From Phoronis australis (taxonomy: Eukaryota; Animalia; Phoronida), in the NCBI GenBank assembly GCA_002633005.1, contig NMRA01000058.1, forward strand, positions 573,508-637,507: DNA of 64,000 nt. Reading direction: 5' to 3'. Numbering within the stretch: position 1 is the stretch's first letter; each line of letters starts with the position of its first letter. Both the position numbers and the translations under genes were made by a program. Positions 35,359 to 46,960 of this stretch are shown here, in pieces. The notes under the pieces were generated by a model. The model had not been told where the DNA came from. It did no database searches and was given only the letters and a program-made list of their open reading frames with translations.

Positions 35359-38300
35359 TTGACTTCGAGCGCGTGCACTGACATCAAATAACTTGCAATC
35401 AAACGCCACTGAAGACGGCAGAACACGGCATTTTGACTCACCTCCTTTCAACCACCCACCCGTTGTATTTTTTCTGCAATGTGAACATGAAGCATGAGAA
35501 TTTCGGTATTCGCTGTGCCGCAGTTTTGAATGATTTTTACTTTTTAAGACATTCGCTGTAATGTTCACATATTTCATTACTAAAATCGTTGAATCCAGTG
35601 AAAGATGAGAATAGTTGCCACGTGTTAGTTCGAAGTAAACAATTCATCGTTTCTGCTGCATTCGTTTCTCGAGTGTACAGTGTACACTTGGACATAAATG
35701 CTGCAACGCGAAATTATAATAGTGTGCCGTTTCGTCGATAAACAGAAATCATTCACCGAACTCTCCAAAACTAAACAATCTAGTTGATCCAGGCGGCATA
35801 GAACAGAATCATTTTAAACAAACCGCTTAGTTTAATTACGTTTGCCACTGTTTTCCCACCGAAGTATTAACTCAGGTGTTCGATTTGTTTTCTGCGGTGG
35901 GAAGAACTATCTTCGTTGTCGTATTGTTCGCCAGAATACACATTTCAGGAAATTTCCGCGACAATCACTCTTATACACATTGTCTAGTCCGTCTTGACAC
36001 GGTGTTCACATGTCAAGGTTTTGTGTATTAAGTATCGGATAATACCCATTCTAAAACAAAAAGGACAAGAAACTTGAACGATAACATATGTTTTCAATTC
36101 TTTATCTGTATAAACAGTATATAGGTAATTTGATTGATTTCTTTCTTTCTTGACTATATAAGAGTCCCCACCGAAAATAATTTAAAATATTTTGTCTTAT
36201 GGATAGTATGATGAGCTTTCAAATAACTAATGGACAATATTTGCTCTGTTACCCTTAATAATTCAGGCATCACGGCATGTGCAAAACGAGAATGGACAGG
36301 AAAAACATTGTTGCATCATAAATGAAAGCTTAAGGGTATTTGGTGGCCACCTGAATGAAAGTGGAATTCAGCGCATTATATTGACTGCGACATTATTTGA
36401 ATTGAACTCTGACACAAGACTCGCATTCATGCGTTACATCGGAGGAATCATGGGGTGCATGACGTAGACTCAAGAAAGTTGCGAGTAAAGCTAGTGTGAC
36501 CACGTGTTTTGCTTTTAATGCATGGCGATATCTTGCGAAGACTTGCGCTTTCGTGAGTTTCTCACGACATTGGAATGCAGCCCTAAAACTGGTTGATGAC
36601 CTCTGGATAATACAACGAATAACAGCAACAGTCGTCCCTCAGTTGTCAAGAATAGAATTTGCCTGCGGTCATACTTTGCATGTGCTAATAAAATTTGAAA
36701 ACCAAACGGCTAAAAAACTCCGCCAGTTGCCGAGTTCCATTGCAAAGTTCTATTGTAATTTTTGTTCATATGATGGAAGGCGGAGCCATCCGGCAGGTAA
36801 AGCACAGAAACAAATAGAGAAACCACCTCTGCTTTACGGTTGTCTAAATATTCACAATGTCATGAGTCTCACGTTGCGACTACCTCTAACCAATGACCTT
36901 TGGGTCTAAACCCCATCATTAATAACGAATAGGGGACTATCGAGAGCACGAAAGTCAATTCCTAGTGACCCCGACTCAGATTTTGTGAACAATTACTTCG
37001 CAGTGGTCAATAAGTATAAAAGCAGAGGAAAAAATTACACTGTCAGACCCTCCCATGGTTTGATTAAGTAAAGTCTATTACATTTTTTAGCTTTTTGACG
37101 ACAGCAGCAGCCACCGGCTTTGTAGCGGATACATGTTTGCAGTGGGAAATACATCCGGGACAGGACGTCCTTGCTCATCAGTTGTTGTTTCACAAGGTTT
37201 CCCGGTTTTTCGTACGCAAGCGGTACATCCCATCGCACACCAGGAAAGGTGTTAAAACACTATTTATACCAGTTGTTTGAAACACCTCGTCCGCATCACA
37301 CTGAGATCTGTAGGTGACGCTGAACGCCTGTTCATCAAAGACGTGATCGCCGTCTGGCGGGTTAGTGAATTTTAAAATGGTGCGGCTATTTCGTAAGTCC
37401 GCTAATGCACAGGGCCAAGGTAGTGAGTGGTCGGTACACGTCCTCCTGACATTTAAGTCCTCTCAGGTATTTTAGGCTGCGTGTTCAATTCTCGGCTTCC
37501 ACTTACCTACCCTCGTTCCGGCCTCCAGCGCAAAGTCGACATCGTAGGCCTACTAGCCAAAAATACCGTCAAGTTCCTAAATGTTGGACTTCCTTATTCG
37601 GAAAGTTACGTGAGTTGACTAGCCAAACAGGTATCTTTACTTACGCATTTGAAATTTGAAAGAAAAATCGAAGTTAGAATTTTACCGATGAATTGCCACT
37701 TTATTAGTGAACGGATTAAAGATGTTTGCTGTCGTACAATACTCTGGGGGCACCGACATAGTACGCGCATTCAAACCCTTAAAGAGGCATTATCCGCGAA
37801 AAAAAGTGATTTTCGGAGATCAGCCTCAGCGCAACCCCCGCTGTTGCAGTCTAAAGCTCTGCTGGCAGACGTACATGTAAATCATCCCAAAGTATTTTAA
37901 AGAGGCTATAAAACCGCAGTTGGTCACAAATCCGACTTTTGATTTAGACTTTTTATCATTATGAAATTGGTTTCATTTTGTTCTTTAGTCAAATTAGAGG
38001 TGGCAAGTTCAGAGACTACAGAACAGACGCTTCGTATTGCTTGAGACTAAGCACAAGCTAGATAGTCACGGTTTGTCATAGTATCAGTTCTTTTGTAAGC
38101 ACTTCGCCATTTTCATAGCATTAAGTGGTCTAAATCGATAGTAAGTTTTTTTGACGTTCCGCAAATTTATGGTTAAAAAGCTACCACCTACTGCAATAAA
38201 ACTAGTCTCAACTTATCTCTTTATGAAAAGATGTTTCTAGGCTTGCAAAAAAATTGGCAATTCCATAAATGCAGAACGAAAGGCCGTGACACGTTAGCTT

Positions 38301-38594
38301 TTGTCGGGTTTAGCAGTAACGAACTTCCAGTTGTTTGGGAACCCTGAAATCACCACATCTAATTTAACAAAGGAAGAATTTGATTTTAGCGAATGTGTCT
38401 CAGACGAGGTCGAGAGTTAGAGAATTGCAATAAAATTGCCGTAAACTCTGCAGGTTTTGTTTTTATAGCTCTGGTCAGACCTAAGAATTTCAAGAGGTCT
38501 AACCCGTACAACGATAACTCCAAAAGGCGTTTTCGGCCCTAAAACCCATTATATCCATTTGAAACACTTCTCGCACGAATTCGTCATCATGCTT

Positions 38595-38803
38595 TAGGCG
38601 GATATAGGGGGAAGGGGGTGCTCCAGATGGCGGCGTTCCCTTTTATTTATTTTTTATTCCACCTGTAGATTTTCCGAACAGAAGGTTTACATACCCGGCT
38701 CCCACAACTTCGGGCCTGAGCTGTACATACAATCGCGCTTTGCCCAATTCCCCGGACAACATGTTGCCCCCCGCCCCCTTATGGTATCCTAGATCCGCCA
38801 CTG
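38595..38803. mobile_element. hAT-type MITE inserted in an interspersed repeat, 5-bp TSD TGCTT
   Basis: Right end TAGATCCGCCACTG, degenerate left end TAGGCGGATATAGG. TGCTT at 38590-38594 and 38804-38808. The uninterrupted paralogous site at 10890 has one TGCTT. Confidence 0.8.
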
Positions 38804-41667
38804 TGCTTGAAACGAGGTGTTGTGTCCAAACTACAATAGTTCTGCATGTTTATAACACGCGCGTTTTCACGTTTGCGTTGTTAGAATTAATGTTAAAACG
38901 AGGCAATGTGTCCTAAACAACAATGCACAACAATCATTTTTGCAGCGCCACCAATGTGTGCAAGTAGTGAATGGCGTCCGTGATATTCAACATGTATTTA
39001 CCGACACGAGATTTCTCTCGCTTTTTTACGAATTACAAATCGGCGAGCTTTTGTTCACTATTATTGGTCAAGTAATAATAATGCTGCCTTGTTCGGTTGA
39101 AATTTTCCTTAGAAGACTGTCCAGTTTTGATCAATGTTACATCGGCTGTGTGTCACATACATAAATGACAAGTACGTGGACATACTGGAGCCGTCCTTTG
39201 ATTTGAAATGTCGCCTCCGATACGTTTCATGCCTTCTCACAAATTAAATGGATTGAGCCGAAAATAAAATACAGCTTTTAAAATCTGCAATACATGGAAG
39301 TACTGTTAACATCCAATAAAGTTTTCCACCAATCAGCGTCAAGTAATGCACATTGATGCACTTTTATTCGGTACGTACAATCCACTCAAATGTGAATGGT
39401 TAGGGGATTGGTCAGTAATTCAACAGAACCTGCGGACTTTTGTTTGCACACAGGCTTTCTGATTGTTTTACATCCGTTCTCACGATTTTAGTGGGTGTGA
39501 TCAAAATTACACACCCTTGGTAAATAGCCAGCTACGCCGGCGTTACGCAGTCTTGCGTCTACCCGTTCCGTCATAGTGTTGACTAAGTCTGGTAAGGCCA
39601 ATATTCGTGGTGTGGTTTGTAACGGATATCCAGGTAACTAGCAGTAGAGTTGCTTGATTGGACCATTCAACTCAAACGAAACAAGCAGAGGTGGGCCTTG
39701 TGAGGCTTCCCTCTCCACCGCTGGTGTTACTCGCAGACTGGAGAAGCGACCGTAGACAAGACTTCTTACCGATGAAGGAACAATGGGGCTAGAGGAGGCG
39801 AAGGAGCCGTATCTCCTAAAATTCTGTCATTTTGTCAGTGTAAAAGAATTGTCACATCTCAGAGAATTAAAAAGACAACTTTTGAATGAACTACACATGA
39901 GCAAAACATCCTTTTTTATTGTTTACCGGTCTTGGCGTTTTCAACTGGAGTTCTAAGCCACTGTCATAAGGGAGCTCCATGTAAATAGTGCGACCTTCTA
40001 CATTTATTACGAGAAACCCTAAGCGTTTTACAATTAGTGTGGACTGGTTTAGTGCATGAAATACGTTCAACCAAGTGTTGTGTGTCTCTCTGGTTGAATT
40101 GAAACAATTCATAGCTTTTCCCGCCGGGTTTGTTGGTTCGTTTATCGTTAGCTTTATTTCCCCTTTTCCTCAGAAATTAAGTAAATGGCTGTACACATCT
40201 AGACACGTGACATGCATTTTACCTGAAGTGTCACACAAAATAACGTCATCGCATTATTTAGCTGGACAGTAATGATGAATGCTTTGTCTGTGTGCCGTTA
40301 GCAGGAGGGAGGACCTGTGTATCCTGTTTTTAAATAAGGGTACTTCTGTAATTATATTTCTAAGATTTTCATTTCGAATTCATCATTCTCTACGGGTTTA
40401 CTGAAAAACAGGTTTCGGATGGGCTAACCTCGATTTTCTATTTAGCGGGGGCCATTAGAATATATTTTTGTGGAGTGCGCAGCAGAAAAAATAGGATAAG
40501 CAAGCACTTTTAAGTAGGATGTTTATCTTGGAAGGGTAGATTTTATTCCAAAACGCAATCCTTCAAAATCCTTGTTTATTGAATAAAATTTCAATAAATA
40601 ACCAATTGGACTATATTCCTTTTAATTCAGCAAACTACAGTAAAATCTTAATTTCTTCTGTAGAATTATATTGCAAAAATAGTCATTTTTATAAATTTAC
40701 TGCGAACGGTAACGAAGGGATGTAAAATGCGTTTGTACAGGGGACACTCATTCGAATTCGTTAACTGCGTAATTCAAAACTATATGGTCCAATCCCGATG
40801 GTCATATCAGGTCATATGGAACGAGAAAAAGTGATTTTACAGAATTCCTACTTTTAGAAAATATATGCTTTAACTGAGTTTCCTGTCATATATGACTAAA
40901 TACGCAGACTTTTCAATAAAGTCTTACGCAAACTTAAGGTTATCTCAAACTGTATTTAGTGACCTTCATATATCAAAAAAGGCTATGCCAACTAGTAAAA
41001 GTATACATTTTCTGACAGAAAAAGGTCATAGATTACGAAAATATGTTTAATATTGATGTACCATTAATATTATTATTACGTTAACATCTTTTAAGTCAAA
41101 TTTCATTTTTAAGAAAGGTACATCCATAACAAAAGTAAACCTTTGGTAGATTTTTATGAAACTCTTTTGAATGAAAACTTCCCAATTTACCTCAAAAGCG
41201 CTGTTAGGAATTTTCGATTACTCATCAGTGACGGACTTAAGGGGGGCAAGGGTACCATGCCCCCCCCCCTAAAATTCTCCCAGATTCCATTTAGCAGTTC
41301 GGGGGTGCGAATGTCTGACGGGCAAAAAAAAATAGCAATCGATCCGTTTATCTTACGGTACGCAAAAACAAAGCGTTTAAAAAGAAAATTCTAATAGGTT
41401 TTTGAAATTAATGATTCAATATTAAAATAGAAAAGTTACAGTGAAATTCACCGAGCTGTTTTCGATGAAATTAAGTTGGTTTCCCGAAGTCAAGAAAAAA
41501 AAACGGAAAACGTCGCAAGTCTTCAAAACCTGACAATTATCGCTTAATTATTCGATGAAAATTTTTTTTTGGTCAATATAATCTATACATGCCTTAAACA
41601 TGTTTTCTATTTTAACATTCACTGGCAATGTCAGCTGAGTTTGCAATGCGCAATTAATTTTATTGTC

Positions 41668-42042
41668 CCGTTTAGACATCAACTTTTGGCCCGGCGCAAC
41701 TGACACGGAGCAAATTGACCCGTGTCAAGCGGCCGTTTACACACACAACTCACCAACCGTGGCAAGACGGAAATTAACGACGACAGTTACAGAGACAAAG
41801 AACCCGTATGTAGGTCACTGCACAAGCGCAGTAGAGATGATCCTTTCTGCCTTATTCCAGTTTCGCGTTTAGACTTATAATTGACACGGCGCAAGATGTT
41901 CGGGCGCAAATTACTCTACCTCACAAACGGGTGGCAAAAATTTGCCACAGCGGTGTCAATTTGCGCCGTGTCAGTCTGTTTACACATTGGAACAACTTGT
42001 TCCGTGTCAGCTGATCCGTGTCAACTTTGTAAGTGTAAACGG
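41668..42042. mobile_element. MITE, probably PIF/Harbinger-type
   Basis: Ends CCGTTTAGAC / GTGTAAACGG, with internal inverted TGACACGG/CCGTGTCA repeats. Confidence 0.7.
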
Positions 42043-42986
42043 TTTTGAGTTTGTTTCTCGTGATCGAGTCAAGTTAGATCAAGGCGTAGTAGGTCAACAG
42101 CTCATTGTTATACACACCGCGCGCCGGGAGACTGATATGAAACCAAGAACGAAATGGACAACGAAAATCGAGACGGTGCTTAAAGCGTGTCGTGAGCATG
42201 AGATCAAAATAGCAAAATGTCAAATTACCGATCAAATGAATAAATTTGGGTGAGGATTAATCTGTTTTTACAACTTGCCGTGCTCGTGAATACAAAGTTA
42301 CTGTGCCGCGACTCGGGACAAGATACATTCGTTCTTAACGGTCGTTTGGATGCAGACGCACAACTTCCTCAGGATCAAAACTACGTTGTGCCTTCGTTTC
42401 CACGGCATCTTTCTAGCCTATGTACATCTCGTTGACTCAGTATTATGGCGACTCGGTGAATGAAAGGACAGAGAGTACATACGGAGCTTATCTCTGCCTG
42501 ACAGGAGATTCGATTTGAGTGACAGCCCTGTAACCTTTGACCTCGAATAAGTAGTATACAAATATCCACACTGTTGTGCTGTTCCAAGGTGGTTCTGCTA
42601 AATCTTTTTTTTCTTGCTACACGGTATATATGTCCTATTTGAAGTTGTCGAGAATTGAGAAGATAAGATAGACATGTATGAAATATGGTAAAAGCAGCCA
42701 ATTTTTGTGAGTGCTGTTTGAGATATCCTGGATATGACAGAGGATGAGTAGCCACATGGAATACCTAATAAAAACAAATGCATATTCTGAAAGAAAACAA
42801 TAGATTTTGGTATCAAATTAGCATAGTTTTATTAAACAGAAAGACAAAAGGGGAAAAGAAATTACTTTCATACACCCATTCACACTCACACTCCATCGAA
42901 CTGAATAATTAAAACTATATTTGCATTTCCATTACTAATAGTTTAAGATAAAGAACACACCTTTCTCTTATAAAGGAAAACTTTAA

Positions 42987-43427
42987 GACCCTTTCATGCT
43001 AACGTCTAAGCGTCGATGTTTTGGGGAGTTTCGATCAGTAGTCCTGGATCGAAGTTAACAGCGCCAGTTAACTTCGCAGCAAACTGGTATGAACGGTCAA
43101 TTTCGGTCCCATCGAAGTTATCGCCAGGGGACATTGCTATCGTCAACAATTAAAGGGTAGTGTTATCGCTAATAGTTTCGTAAATTTTGCTCGAATTAGA
43201 AATAAGTTTTATGTCAATTAGCAGACGTAAATAAAATTGTCACATTAAAAAATCTTAGCGCGCAGGGGATGCATCAGCGCTATCTGCTATTACTTCGATG
43301 ACGACAGCGTCACCTACTGAATACTTCGATGCCGTTAACTACCGAGGTTGGTACGAACGATTCAATTAACTTCGCAGTTTACGTCGACGTTCCGCTCATC
43401 CCGAAGTTAAGTAAGTATGAAAGGGCC
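42987..43427. mobile_element. MITE, probably PIF/Harbinger-type
   Basis: TIRs GACCCTTTCATGCT / AGTATGAAAGGGCC, T/A-rich flanks, internal CGAAGTTAA/TTAACTTCG inverted motifs. Confidence 0.7.
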
Positions 43428-44480
43428 TTTTAAGTGTTGGCATCACCGCGTACAGTAAATCAAGTTACGCCAAAAATCAGCAAGTTGTTAAAATCCGAAA
43501 ATCAGAACACTGGTATTAAACAGTACACACCATGGATTTTTGCACATTTTGAATTACCGGTGGCCACAAACTAAATGTATGACGTAAAATTTAGCTAAAC
43601 CCATGTTTATTTTGTGTAATTAGCTCGAAATTTTGATTTTCTTTCAATTTTGCCAATTTTCACATTTCCCGCCATGTGACGTCATGGGTTGAACACAAGA
43701 GAGCAGTGACTACCATTGAACAATGGCGGAAAGCAGGGAATTTGAAAGCGACGACGATTATGAGCAAAAATTGAAAGAATGCTATGAAGAAACGTACGGA
43801 AATGGTGGCCAGGATGAGGAAATGGGGTTGCACGAAAGCGAGAATAAGTTTAATGTGCTTCCGGCAGCGTACTTTTCTACTTTTAGCCTTACGAACTGGA
43901 TCCTCCCGCGAGAGAAGCGGCCTCGGGCTCGGCGAGTCAACCCAGTCATCCAACAGACGATCCTGAACTAAGAGCTGATGTTTCTGAATGATAAATATTG
44001 TCCTTTATTGAACCAGGCCTTCATCGTAACGTCTCTTGTGACTGAAGTCACGAGAACTCAAAGTGGGCAGAACACAGAGTGGCCACGGACTGAATCCCTT
44101 GGTCCACGATGACGTCCCACTCTCTCGTTCGGCACACGAAGCGATGCCACTACTGCGCAACATTGGTATCCTTCGGAACACCGAGACGTTCTCCGCCTGG
44201 CTACTGTTGTTGCAGCCTCCGGAAACACATTGATCCCTCTACGAACCTTCTCGATGCTAAATGTATATTGCTATCTCTTCACTCTATACACTTTGTCTCT
44301 GATTCAAACAGTATGGCGAACGACTTGGGTTCAACCCATGACGTTGTACATAATTATTATTTTTTTCAATTTTTGCGTGTTTCTTTATGAGATGTGCACT
44401 AAAGGCACTGAAATCTAGTAAGATATAATAATAAAATTTATTTTAAGGTACTAGAGTCATGTTGTGTACACTTTAAAAGA

Positions 44481-44552
44481 TATATATACATACCAACATT
44501 CATACATACACACACACACATACATACATACATACATACATACATACATACA
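44481..44552. repeat. Compound microsatellite (CA)n/(CATA)n
   Basis: Directly visible. Confidence 0.97.
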
Positions 44553-44925
44553 CTGGCCGCTGGTCTTAGGCTTTCACGACTGGGGTTGAAAGGCTACGAC
44601 CAGTGGTCAAATGTAATCAGTGTTGTTTTAACAATTCCCATGTCATATGGACGAATGTCTTCGTCCTCATTATCGTGAACAGCGTTACATTGGACACACG
44701 GTGTGTTCTCTCTCGCGATGGTTGTCCATGCACTTGCAGGGGGTCCATTCAAGACCATTTTGTACACCAACATGGCCGAAAAATAACTAGGCAAGAAATA
44801 GTAGGCAATACCATCATTTGCTATATTGAAAATGACACATTTCGGCTAAAGATTTTGAAATCGCTATTGATCAGTCACGAAAAACCCGTGTTGAATGAGC
44901 AGCTCACTGGTGTGTACCGCACGCT

Positions 44926-45069
44926 CATGGGCGGCGCAGGGCTGAAAAAAGTGGGGCTATAACCCCTCAGCCCCCCTCTGGCGCACCGCCTATAGACCAT
45001 GTGCTGTATAGCACTGAAAAAGTGGGGGGTTATAGCCTCCCCCCATCCCCCTATGGTGCGCCGCCCATG
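44926..45069. mobile_element. 144-bp hAT-type MITE nested in the Penelope ORF, 5-bp TSD ACGCT
   Basis: Perfect 13-bp TIRs CATGGGCGGCGCA / TGCGCCGCCCATG. ACGCT at 44921-44925 and 45070-45074. Removal restores the reading frame. Confidence 0.9.
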
Positions 45070-45177
45070 ACGCTGGCTCTGTTTCGATAGGGTTGCATTT
45101 ACACTCTCTGCTTGTATGCCCCTCTTCTCGCTGCCACGTGTATTTCAATGTTTATTTCGCTATGTATATGTTCATTC

Positions 45178-45321
45178 CACTGATTGCCTGATGATGAGAC
45201 ATGCAGTCTCGAAATACTCGCTGGTTCCCTGTGTGCCGCTAGGTGGGGGGGTAGCCGCCCCAGCACGTGCTGGCTGGACTAAGCACGCAGGGAACCAGTG
45301 AGTCTTGAAATATAGCTAGTG
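45178..45321 (+). ncRNA. Minimal type-I hammerhead ribozyme motif, interrupted by a mini-insertion
   Basis: CTGATGA (45188-45194), stem II GAGAC/GTCTC, GAAA (45211-45214). After removing 45217-45312 it reads GAAATATA-GCTAGTG, which can pair with upstream CACTG..GC. Confidence 0.65.
45217..45302. mobile_element. 86-bp palindromic mini-element with ~10-bp target duplication
   Basis: 20-bp inverted ends CTCGCTGGTTCCCTGTGTGC / GCACGCAGGGAACCAGTGAG (18/20). Flanks TCTCGAAATA / TCTTGAAATA. Confidence 0.7.
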
Positions 45322-45367
45322 TTTTAATTTGTTTGTCATGCCTCTCGGTGTTTTACTTCATACCTGC

Positions 45368-45407
45368 ACGCCTGAAGAAAGGAGACTGGTTCCGAAATTA
45401 CGAGCGT
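45368..45407 (+). ncRNA. Second minimal hammerhead ribozyme motif (degenerate)
   Basis: ACGC-CTGAAGA-AA-GGA..TCC-GAAA-TTACGA-GCGT. Stem I is ACGC/GCGT. The cleavage triplet is not canonical NUH. Confidence 0.5.
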
Positions 45408-45446
45408 ACCAGTATCAAGCTTGCAAACAAAAAGTCTAGTACGTAA

Positions 45447-45472
45447 GTATGTTTGTATGTATGTATGTATGA

Positions 45473-45516
<44 letters not shown>

Positions 45517-45577
45517 ATATGTATGTATGTATATGTATATGCGTATGTATATGTATGTATATATATATATTATATAT
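45447..45577. repeat. Compound microsatellite (TATG)n/(TG)n/(TA)n
   Basis: Directly visible. Confidence 0.97.
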
Positions 45578-46678
45578 TGTTACGTTTAGTTAAAACTGTA
45601 TTTCCTTGAGTCAGTATTTAGCTGAAAAAAGAAAAGAAAACGAATTAAACTATTTAAAACACATAAAATAAATCTCACGATATTCTTACAGTGGCAGGAC
45701 TAGATTTTCAGTACCGACAATAACAACGGGGCCACCAGTGACTCGAGAGAAGACTCGTGCGATTTTTGCGAATTGTTAAATGGGTCACGTGACTTGAGTT
45801 GCTAACTCTCGGTGATAATTCGGTATGGGACGAGTGAGGTAATGTTAGCGAACTCCATAGCTTTTGGGTTTATAATGCAATATTGACAATTTAATAGTGG
45901 TGAAATCCCCGTTTAAAAAGTTCTTCCGAATTCCTCCACTGCTCTAGTGCTTTGTCCGAAAAGTGTTGCGCGTGTATACTTTTGTGAATGAAAAAATGAA
46001 CATTGTCAAATGAAGGACTATGTGTAAGATAAAGGGAAGATTGTATATTTTCTAAATTTTGTCTTCTGTATCATACACTGTAATGCATACAGTCATCTGG
46101 CTTTACACAAAACTAGTGTGTGGACACGTTTTTAACTCGTGAATATGGCATGTGCTTGCTTTCCATTGTGCTTCGGCATAAATATCTGTGGTTCGTGCGT
46201 CGCACACGGCCACTGCCACCAATAACTGAATATTGCTGAATGTATTTTTGTAATCTTTCCAAACCGACACGCGAGTGGAATATTTAGTGTAGACTGTTTA
46301 CAGCGCAACAGGCATCTCTGATCTCTGTGCGCAATAATTTCACAGTGCGCTTTGCCTTAAAAAAAAAACCTATAGGAAATTAGGTGGCGTTGGTATGTCG
46401 TCAATGGAATGGTTGTTTCGTGTTTAAAATGAATTGTCTGTGTACATACGAACACCTGAAATTAGGTAAGAATGACACTCAAAATTAACATTTGCAAATT
46501 AATTCTACCAGTGGAATTGATGAGTCTACCTAGACACATGCTACAATGACCGCATAATTCGGTGACCCCGGTGAAGATTTCCAAACGTTTTGTTGCAAAT
46601 AATTATGCGTAACGCGGTAATGTTTTCGGTAAGAAACACTCTGTTGGTGAATTCTAAAGATTTTTACGCATGATAAGT

Positions 46679-46960
46679 TCAAATCTGCATACACATTGTG
46701 AGTTCATAGTAACTCAAAATTTTGTTCCCTTCCCCACTCTCACAAGAAGTTAAATCTGGACAACAAAGCCAGACAATATCAGGAGTGCATAGTGTATAGC
46801 CGTAATTGAACTGTGTGTGACCAATCACCGCTCGTTTAACCGTTGCGTCATCGCCTGTCGGTAAGGAAATCGCACGTGAACTTCTTGAAGTCCCAGATGG
46901 AGGGAAGACAAGTCCAGCTATGGAAACAGTTAGCAGTAAACAGCGGACAAGACACGGCAT
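46679..46960 (-). CDS. Possible small secreted cysteine-rich prepropeptide (93 aa)
   Basis: ATG start, signal-like MPCLVRCLLLTVSIAG, Ser-rich spacer, dibasic KR, then a C-x7-CC-x5-C region. No homolog is recognised and it could be a chance ORF. Confidence 0.3.
   Translation of the reverse strand: MPCLVRCLLLTVSIAGLVFPPSGTSRSSRAISLPTGDDATVKRAVIGHTQFNYGYTLCTPDIVWLCCPDLTSCESGEGNKILSYYELTMCMQI

Larger units (their letters stand above)
44553..45446 (+). mobile_element. 5'-truncated Penelope-like retroelement: GIY-YIG endonuclease remnant plus 3' region with hammerhead motifs
   Basis: Frameshifted VVxQFPCHMDEC..RYIGHTVCSLSRWLSMHLQ / GSIQDHF..H..ITRQEIVGNT..RLKILKSLLISHEKPVLNEQLTGVYRTLALFR* (YIG at 44686-44694; stop at 45088-45090 once the nested MITE is removed). 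Short 5' inversion at 44554-44609. Confidence 0.85.
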
